This document shows, piece after piece, positions 55,644 to 64,000 of a stretch of DNA of 64,000 nucleotides. Source of the stretch: Podarcis erhardii (taxonomy: Eukaryota); NCBI GenBank assembly GCA_964252035.1, contig OZ176204.1. One strand, written 5' to 3'. The position numbers and the translations under genes are program-made. The stretch's first letter is position 1, and the number at the start of each line of letters is the position of its first letter. The notes below the pieces were generated by a model. The model saw only the letters and a program-made list of their open reading frames with translations, had not been told where the DNA came from and ran no database searches.

Positions 55644-56737
55644 CTGAAAGACAAAGAAAACATTAACACTGTCAATAGCTTCTCAGAAGAATTGTAAAAC
55701 ATTTCTGTTTGGGCTGGCTTTAAAAACGGGAATTAATTACATCAGGGATGGGCAACCTGTGGCATTTTAGTTGTTGGGCTCCCAGCTCCCATCAGCTCCA
55801 ACCACCATAGCCAAAAGACAGGGATTACAGTTATTTTATTTTAAGGGTGCTGACATACAGTTAAGGAAGCTGAGCTAGATAGGAATCATGCTCCCATTGT
55901 CATACAAGCTTGTCCAAGATTAGGGGGAAACGGCCCTGTCAGTTTGTAGCAGAAACAGGCTGAATACACTGTGCTGATTGCTGGTGTTTGTAACATTACA
56001 AACTCACTCATCCTACTGCCGGAGCAGTATTGCAACACTTTTTAAACTTGGTTTTATGTAGTGGTAGGAATGCAAAAACGAATGTTTAAATTAAAAGGCT
56101 TTCATGCTGTGCTTGATGAGGGAGTAGGGGAGCGGCAAGAGAGTTGTCCTGAAGACTGGGAAGAGCAGGGAAGAAAACAGACACTTGGAATCGGCATTTG
56201 ATTTGTTGATAGGTACATTTGTTGAAAGCATTTGCGAAGGCAGGGGAAGTTAGGCTCGCTCTGTGTGAGAAAAGCACCATGGTGAATCCTGTTTAAAAGT
56301 ACATCTGTATATACCAAGCATTCTAATGGGTATGTCTAGCAAATGGATTTAACGAATTTTGGTTTCCCCATTCTTGGGATGCAATAAGATTTGAATTCAA
56401 CGAAATACATTTCATATGCAAGTCTCAATTGATACAATTTTAAAACCTCTTTAGTCCACTGTATATCACAGTGGCTTTGGATATAGCAATAGCTGAGCAA
56501 ACAGGAAGTATAATTTACACTTCCTGTTCACCATGCTTCCTTGTAATCTGAGTGTATGGGATGCCTTATTTATCTCCTGTAATGATAATGATCTCTTAAG
56601 ACCAACCAACAGTACTTCTACCTCGGAAGAAAGAACCTCCAGATCTCTGAGCACTTGCATACAGCTTCATGGGATAACAATGAAAGTACAGCTTACATAA
56701 TCAGTAAAATTTTATGAAATTTTGCTGCAGAATTTAC

Positions 56738-56867
56738 TTTTTTAAGAGTAATGATTTGTTGGGTCTCTGTCTTCAAGGAAGATGATGTTTCTTTTTCCCT
56801 TTTAAGGTCTTCTTCCATAGTTTGTCGCCATTCTCTTTCTATTTTCAAATCTGTTTCCAGCTGGCCA
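56738..56867 (-). CDS. RUFY2: RUFY2 exon ([43 protein letters not shown])
   Basis: 130 nt; [14 protein letters not shown] motif. Confidence 0.97.
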
Positions 56868-57199
56868 CTAGAAATACAGAATATAAAAAAGTAATTCAAA
56901 CAATTATACGTTTTAATTGACCTACTGCAATTGGACAACTATGAAATAATTAGTACAATGTATATAATTCAACACTGTAAACATTTTACACGTCTTAATT
57001 ATAATAAAGATTTACTTATTTCCTTTTAAAATGTTTTATATTATTCTGTGTAGAAGACTTCTGCAAAAATAAGTGATAGGAAAAATTAAGCAAATTAACT
57101 ATTATTTGACAAGAAGGTTATGAAGAAGGCAATCTTAAAATCTGATTCAAACTTCACCAAGATTCATTGATCCCTCCCAATCTCCCTTTGAAAGCATTT

Positions 57200-57401
57200 T
57201 AGCGGATCAGCTGATAAGTGGCTTAGCGGCTTAGGAAAAGGGGGGAAAAGGGGGGGGAACCTGCAGGAACTCGCAAGACATTTCGTCTTGCGAAGCAAGC
57301 CCATAGGGAAATTCGTTTTGCGAAGCGCCTCCAAAACGGAAAACCCTTTCGTCTAGCGGGTTTTCCGTCTTGCGAGGCGTTCGTCTTGCGGGGCACCACT
57401 G
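57200..57401. mobile_element. Truncated mariner-like MITE, right end only
   Basis: Ends GGGGCACCACTG|TA with repeated ttcgtcttgcg subterminal units; left end missing. Confidence 0.65.
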
Positions 57402-58194
57402 TAATTTGGATGCATTTCATGCATTGTCGTTTTTTAATAGCCATGATAAGCCCAATCCAGGTCAGGACTACTGTGTTGCTATTGTATTACAGATATGTAA
57501 AGTGCAATTGCCTATGTCATGTACTGAACAGTTTGGCCCTAACAATGCCCAATTGTTAGGCAAGTTAGCAGATGAGCACTGCTCCCCAAATGAGAGAACA
57601 CTCAGTCCTGGATGAGGCCCAGACACTCCCTCACCTTCTAGGACTTTTTATTTCTGGTTTGGAGCAAGCTATGTGAACAAAACGATGTTTTCAATAGCAG
57701 AAAAATATTAATAGGACAGCCCTTGTGAGTATGCATATCAGGGCAACATTTCCCCAAAGTTAAACTAGTTTCCTGAGCTCAAAGCAGCAAGATATTAAAA
57801 GCAAACCCAAAACGGTGTTCTCCTGTGCCGTATGGCAAACTTAGGGGAATTTCAAAAGGAGACTGCAATGGGGCAACAGGTTCAGCTGTTCAAATAAAGT
57901 CCACTTGGCTTTATCAAACACCTTGCATGAGCCTAAACAGGTATTTGAATCCCAGCACAGAAGTTTTGCATTCTATGAAACTACTAGATCAGGCAGATGA
58001 ATTTACGATCAGCTTACTTAGTCTGTTCTTCCAACATGCACCATGTAGCTATTCTGTGGTGACACATGCAGCTCTAAAACTTATGATCTGTAATTCATCT
58101 GGATTTAGCTTTTCACTTTAATGACATTCAAAAGGGGAGGGGACACACATGTTAGAATATATGCTATCTTCTCCCCCACAAATACTTTACTTAC

Positions 58195-58314
58195 ACTTGC
58201 TTTTCCTTTTGAGTAATATCTTTCTGCAGACTTTCAGATTTACTCATATAGTCTTGCTTAAATTTCTTGTCTTCACTCTCTGCCTCCATTGTAGCCTTCT
58301 CTGCTTGTTGTAAT
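58195..58314 (-). CDS. RUFY2: RUFY2 exon (LQQAEKATMEAESEDKKFKQDYMSKSESLQKDITQKEKQ)
   Basis: 120 nt; gtaagt donor; phases consistent. Confidence 0.96.
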
Positions 58315-59573
58315 CTGGTGTAATTCAAATCAACTTTGGGTAAAACTGAAGCTAGAATTTGGGTGTAAAGGGTGAAGAAGACAAATAAAAGAAAAAAAAT
58401 GGGGAAATAGAAACATTTCTAAATGAAAACAAAGCTTGGGGTAAACTCACAAACTCAAATGAGAGACCCAGACAATGCCAAGAAATCAAAATTCTTTTTC
58501 TCACTACAACAACATTTAAAAAAATCATACATTTATCCAATTTTTTTTATTTAGTATTCATGATTAACAGATGCCATCAATGCAGAGCCATACAGATTTT
58601 TTATTCATAAATACAGAGCTGTGACTGTGCTTTTGTGTGTTTTTGCATAAATTCTTTAAAAAAAATAAATTAAAAAATCCCAAACCCTGTAAACTAACTG
58701 TTCCTTAACTACACAAATCTATCAACACTACAAAATGGGAAAACCAGTGCACTAAATGGTCTGATATAATTCAGAACACAAAGAAGAGTATTGTAATCAA
58801 GGTGGCACAAGCAGTGCCATGTTAAATCAACACAACACACACCAAATAATGTAACTGTGTGTCTACTATGGTGTGCATGGTGTAAATGAGAGCATGTAAA
58901 TAATCTAAGTACTTGCTCCCAATACGGCAGGTTTTGGGGTGGTGTCTGGATTGGTGATGAGTGTAATGTAATTTGTTTCTTGAGCTCCCACACCTGTTAA
59001 GGTGTGCTTTTGTTCATTTCCACAGAAGAGGATGCTATATCAGAAAGGCCAAATGTGGCTATAATTCACCAAGTACTATTTGTTGTGCACTCTCCATTTA
59101 TTACAGTAGAGTTTGTGCAAATCTAAGTATACTATGGTAAGATATTCAAAATGGACAAAATATCAGGCCTTAAAAAAATAGTTCTGTGTAACTCAAAAGA
59201 TTGTCACCTTATTTTGCTAGTATCTGAACCATTCTGCATCTAATCTTCAAACTTCACCAAACATAGAATGAAAAGCATGCTAGCTGAAATTAGATTTCTA
59301 TTTAACATTTCAAAAGTTGTAGCATTGCAATTTCTTTTTTAAAAAAAGTTAATTCCAATTGGCAACTAACAAAATACATTGGTGAGTTCAGTGTCAGAGA
59401 TCTATGTTAAAATACTGACCAATTTGAATGCCAAAATTATTTTGCTACATTTAGAGCCTGGTCCATAACCTATTTAAGCCAAAATACATGGGCAAATAGG
59501 CTTAAAAGCAAGGTTAAAAAAAATCCTACAAATTTTACTCCATTAAACTATTCCAAGACACATGGAGGATCTT

Positions 59574-59682
59574 TCAAAATGATATATCTTTAACAAGCTT
59601 GTACTGATGCTGCCCTTCATTGCTGGCACATTTCACTAAGGACATTGCAATAGTCCTGGTTTGCGTTAACAATTCTTTGTCA
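59574..59682 (-). CDS. RUFY2: RUFY2 alternative terminal exon (SDKELLTQTRTIAMSLVKCASNEGQHQYKLVKDISF*)
   Basis: 109 nt, phase-compatible with the 61839-61936 exon; resembles the short-isoform C-terminus I recall for RUFY2 and the RUFY3 SEKDLVKQ tail; AATAAA signals at 58600-58605 and 58546-58551. Confidence 0.85.
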
Positions 59683-60764
59683 CTTCAGATGTGCAATGGA
59701 TAAAAAATTAAAGACAAAGGTAACAAAATATTCAGAAACACAGAAGTTGGGATAAAGGAGAAAAGAAAAAGAAAAAGAGGAAGAAGGATGTCAATAAAAG
59801 AATATTCATGCCACTAACGTTTTAATACATAATTATGTTTTGTTTGTTTGTTAAGTAGCCTGAAAAGAAAAACAATGGCAAGACATGTCAACAGCCACAT
59901 GATGAGGCTATGAATGTTAACAACATCTGAGATTCAACATTGCTCAAGCAGGTGCCTGTTTGTGCAGCGGGCAGCTTCTTCCTGTCCTGCCCCCTGCAGT
60001 CCTCCGTGTGGCCCAAAAATATACTCTGGAGGATCACACAATGCAGATCTGGGGCGGGAAAGGGGGAGCTGGAGGGGGGAGAAAAGTAACTGGAAGTCCC
60101 ATTGTACAAGCAGTGGATGTCACCCATTAAAAAAAATAAGAGAAGTAAAGCATGTAAACATACTTCTGTATTCATAATAAATGACATACATGTTACATGT
60201 CATTTTTTTAGTATACATATATGTATAGCCTCAGAGTTACTTTAGAAGCATCCATTGTCTCATGCGCCATCTACATGACTTTTTACTTCTTTTTTATTTT
60301 AAAAAATGACAATATCACAAACTGCTTTTGAAACTCTCTTTTTGTTTCAAAAGGTGATTTTTCCTGAGCTGGGGAAGAAGAAGATGCTGCTGAAGACATA
60401 CAATACTTCCACCGCCCCCACAAAAAATTCCCATCTAGTTTCAGGATTCTCTGGGACTCGACCCTACACACTTACACTCAGAATGGAAGAATGTTTTCAA
60501 TTTAAATGGAAGAGTATTTCCAAATGATTTTTCTCCAACTGAATATATGGGCCAACAAATAATTCTAAAAGTCTGCACACATCAAGTGCCTAACTAGATG
60601 AGACAAAAGAATATCTGAACCGAAATCCTGTTTTGTTTTGTGTGTGTGGTTTTAAAGCAACCATGGAGGTGAAATGGCTGTGGCACTGGAGGAAGCAAAT
60701 TATTCCACTACATGATTTGTGCAACTGAAATCCCCTCAAGTATATTTTTCTTGCTACCTGCTGC

Positions 60765-61148
60765 CTTGCAGGACATCTTTAGGAGAGGAAATTGCTAAGG
60801 AGTAAATCCTACACAAATTTGGAGTAGTCCCTAAGACAGCGGGTTGGAGCCTTGCATGCCTCCTTCCGGCAATTCCTGTAGCATATATGGTGCCAAACGT
60901 ATTGCTCTGCTGTCCTTTGGACCACATTAGCGAGGCTGTCTGGCCATCCCAGGACCACCATACACACTGCCCTGACTTGCATCCCACAAAAGTCATTTTG
61001 GTGCTGCAAGAACACAGCGAGAACATGGGAGGCAGCAGTTACAAGTTACTGGTCTCTGCAGTCACAGCAGGCACTGTGATTCTCCAGCAGTTTGACTTCA
61101 CCCCTGGAGGTGCACTCTATTGTCTCATGAGACAGACGGATGCCAACA
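60765..61148 (+). mobile_element. RTE-related SINE or LINE 3' end
   Basis: gtttgacttcacccctggaggtgcactctattgtctcatgagacagacggatgccaaca is an RTE-type tail like that at 31925-31960. Confidence 0.7.
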
Positions 61149-61838
61149 TATTTTTATTGGGGTGCAAAAACTTTTGAGAAGGTTAGATCAAGAAAACAGT
61201 GTGAAGGAAAGCTTTTTTTAAGATCTTCAAGGGCACAGCACCAAGCACATTATCAGCACCACTACAGTGCTCAAATTGCAGGGAGTCAGAGGGGGCTTGC
61301 CCTTTTCCTTGCCTTTTTGTGATGGTTTCCATACTACTGTTTTTGGAAGGCTGCAGACAGCACCATTTTGCAAATCTGGAGTGAGGACATGGGATGGGGT
61401 TTGTGAATTGGCTTGGGGTCCCCTCTGCCTTTCTTATCCCTAAGCTGAGCATGGTCCCTAAAGATACTTTTAAAAGACAATTCAATCACAGATCTCCTAT
61501 TGTCTCAACTAGTTTAACATTTAGCTTCAAATGTATGAGTAAGAAATCAGAAAAGTTACTTTCGTCAACTGGGACTTTGCTGGATAGATATAATATGCAA
61601 AGTGGGGGTGGAAATTCTGAAACATCTAGCAAGGAGTCAAATAGGATATCTCAGGCACAAAAAAATAAGGGAATTGAAATATGCATTCAAAGCACCTAAA
61701 AACAGCGTAAAAAAACACATTTTGATCCTTCAAAACAAAGTCACATCTCAGTGCCTACTATATGAGAATGTGGCAACTGAAGCAGAAGAAATGAGTCTGA
61801 GGGGGAGTGGAGAAGCAGAATAAAAGAAGATGCTGTAC

Positions 61839-61936
61839 CTTTGCTCCAACTGCTTCATAGTTGCTGTAATCTGATTGGTTTTATCTTCAAGTCTGCCAAT
61901 GATTTCGTTCTTTTCTTTCAGCGCATCATCTGAAAC
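61839..61936 (-). CDS. RUFY2: RUFY2 exon ([32 protein letters not shown])
   Basis: 98 nt; ends in phase 2. Confidence 0.97.
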
Positions 61937-62804
61937 CTATGGTATAAGAGTAATTATTTATTATATTGCAACACTATATAACTTGAGTATTAACAAGTGA
62001 GCAATAATAAAATCTGTGTAGTTTTTTTTCTTCCTTTCCTCTCCATTAGAAATTGCTCCCTCTTGCCCAGCCTTGGACAGTAAACTCTCTAAAGTAACCT
62101 TCACCACACTGCTAGTGCTGTATTGATGTGCAGCAGCAGTAGTAGGAACTTACTTTCAGGTAAGCAGCCCAATCTTCAGGAGGAGGAAATTGACAAAAGG
62201 TTTATCTTTCTAAAGTCCCCTTTTTCTTATACCCCACAAGGGCTACTAAAAGTGGAACTTTAAAAGCAATTTGGTGGTGGGTGGCTTGTGGCTAAAACCA
62301 CTATTGCCTTCCTTTCTAGTTTATGAGGTAGAAACAATCAGAGAGGATGGAAGTCTTTCCCCTCAGTAAGGTTATTAAGTTGGCTCTGTCTCCTGGTCTG
62401 AAGCAAATGAGGATGACATGCAACAGTGCAGGAGTGGGTTGCCACCGACACAATGGGATTGCCCCTTCCTCCCCATTGCAACCTCTGTTCTCCTGAGGAG
62501 GGAATCCCAAACCTCAGGAGCAGTTTGTGGGATCATGCAAGGGACAGGAGAGTACATTATGTTGTATGAGTGAGAGTCTGCAGTTGCTGGCAGGCTGAAA
62601 ACAGAGGATATCAGCCAAAGCCTCCTCATCCTGATGGTCACCTTGCTCCTACGCTGAGAAAGCAGCTGTAAGGATAACTGTCATCCATTGATATTCAAAG
62701 CTAGTTCTCAAAAGGACAGGTGGGCCTCCCTAGAGGGGGAAAGAGTATTGCTTAAAAATTGTATTTCGTTTAGCTTCCAGTTGCAAACAGTAAAATGTTC
62801 TTAC

Positions 62805-62972
62805 TTGTAGCTTTTTGTACATTTCTACATTTATTCCTTTGACTTCTTCCAACTGTTGCCGCAGGCTTATAAGAGTGTCTTGTTTTTCATGTATATCCTT
62901 CTCCAACAACTTCATTGCAAGTTCTATCTCATGCTTCATACCAACTTGAACCATCAGCTCATTCTCTATATC
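62805..62972 (-). CDS. RUFY2: RUFY2 exon ([56 protein letters not shown])
   Basis: 168 nt; [16 protein letters not shown] motif. Confidence 0.98.
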
Positions 62973-63113
62973 CTACAAAATACAAAGAAGTGAACAGATA
63001 TCAAATGCATTAAGGTAAGGTAGGAAAATATGGTGATAGAAGACAAGACAGCTTACATGCCTCTGGATATACAAGTTCCCACTGCTTCCATAGCATATCT
63101 GATATACACTCAC

Positions 63114-63230
63114 TTGTCTCAACTGTGATTCTTCTCGAAGCTGCCTATGTGCTTCATTGTACATGTCATCCAGGCTTTGTCTGGAGTGCTTGTATGTCTG
63201 AAGTTCTGCTTCAGCATCCACTTTGTTCAC
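63114..63230 (-). CDS. RUFY2: RUFY2 exon ([39 protein letters not shown]); upstream exons lie beyond the window
   Basis: 117 nt; cttgtag acceptor, gtgagt donor. Confidence 0.97.
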
Positions 63231-64000
63231 CTACAAGTAAGGAATTCATGCTTAGATCACTTTCCCCCAGAGCATATCTTCATGCGGGGGAAACAGACAA
63301 GGGTATTGTAGAATGACACTCTCTGACTCAGTAAAACACAGTAAGCTGTACATGTCCCATCTCATGTTGACAGAATCACTGCTCCCTGAAATGCCACATA
63401 TTACATGGAGCCAAACCCAAATTTTACAAGCTTGTGCTTCACTGGCAGCTGCAGTCAATTTTGGCTCTCTAAAGATGAAGAGTATGTCTATATGACACAC
63501 AAGCTTCTGAACATCTGTTAATCTCATTCTCCTTTTTACATTTTGAGGTACACACTTAAAAATAAAATGTAGCCACACACCTAAAAACAGCAATGTGTTA
63601 GCCCTCATTGAGATATTTTGCAGCATTTTTTCCCTAAATATGTTTGTATTTCTGTAAGCCTTGGAGTTCCCTCAAGCCTACTGATACCTCCCCTCTTGTG
63701 TGGTGGTATTGCTGTTTCAACTATATAAGCAAAGGAACTCACAGTTGGAACACCAGTAACTGAAGGAACAAATAGGATCTGAAACAAAATATCAGAGTGG
63801 AATGTTCCTGTTCAGGTTTCCAACCACTCCATTCTATCTCCTCCCACTTTTCTATTTCGCCCTGAAAGTCAACATTCTGTACTCACTAAGCATGCTCAGT
63901 TCTTATTGGAGTCCACCCCCCACCCCAACTTAAGGTTCCTCCCTCCAAAGCTTTTTCAAATCATTGGTTTCCCCTTAGCCTAGTGAGGCCATTTTGGCCA

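Noticed and set aside
56086-56660. Extra RUFY2 exons suggested by a heptad-like ORF (56466-56660) and an acceptor at 56288
   Set aside because: No convincing acceptor-donor pair keeps the frame, and I recall no matching RUFY sequence.

Overview
Vertebrate genomic DNA from a squamate reptile, probably a lacertid lizard (inferred from a Sauria SINE and the other repeat families). The window holds the ATOH7(-) / PBLD(-) / HNRNPH3(+) / RUFY2(-) block, in the same order and orientation as human 10q21.3. ATOH7 is a complete single-exon CDS of 148 aa. PBLD has 9 coding exons (867 nt, 288 aa). HNRNPH3 shows 8 of 9 coding exons, and the missing 139-nt exon must lie in a 220-N gap. RUFY2 contributes its last 9 coding exons plus an alternative FYVE-less terminal exon. 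PBLD and HNRNPH3 share a CpG-island bidirectional promoter. Introns and intergenic DNA carry hAT and mariner-like MITEs, SINEs, and L1, L2, RTE, Penelope and LTR relics. Most notable observations: (1) a premature TAA clips the last four ATOH7 residues; (2) a young 1.4-kb CpG-rich hAT element with ~105-bp inverted arms sits in HNRNPH3 intron 7; (3) two divergent LTR-like elements share an acidic, Trp-rich ORF ending in a PxSPRTR...RRSxRL-type motif; (4) a candidate in-frame 42-nt RUFY2 cassette exon; (5) homeodomain-dense candidate ATOH7 enhancers. No prokaryote-type systems are present. Exon boundaries were read by eye from GT-AG sites and reading phase; most repeat boundaries are approximate and family names come from recalled consensus features, not from a search.
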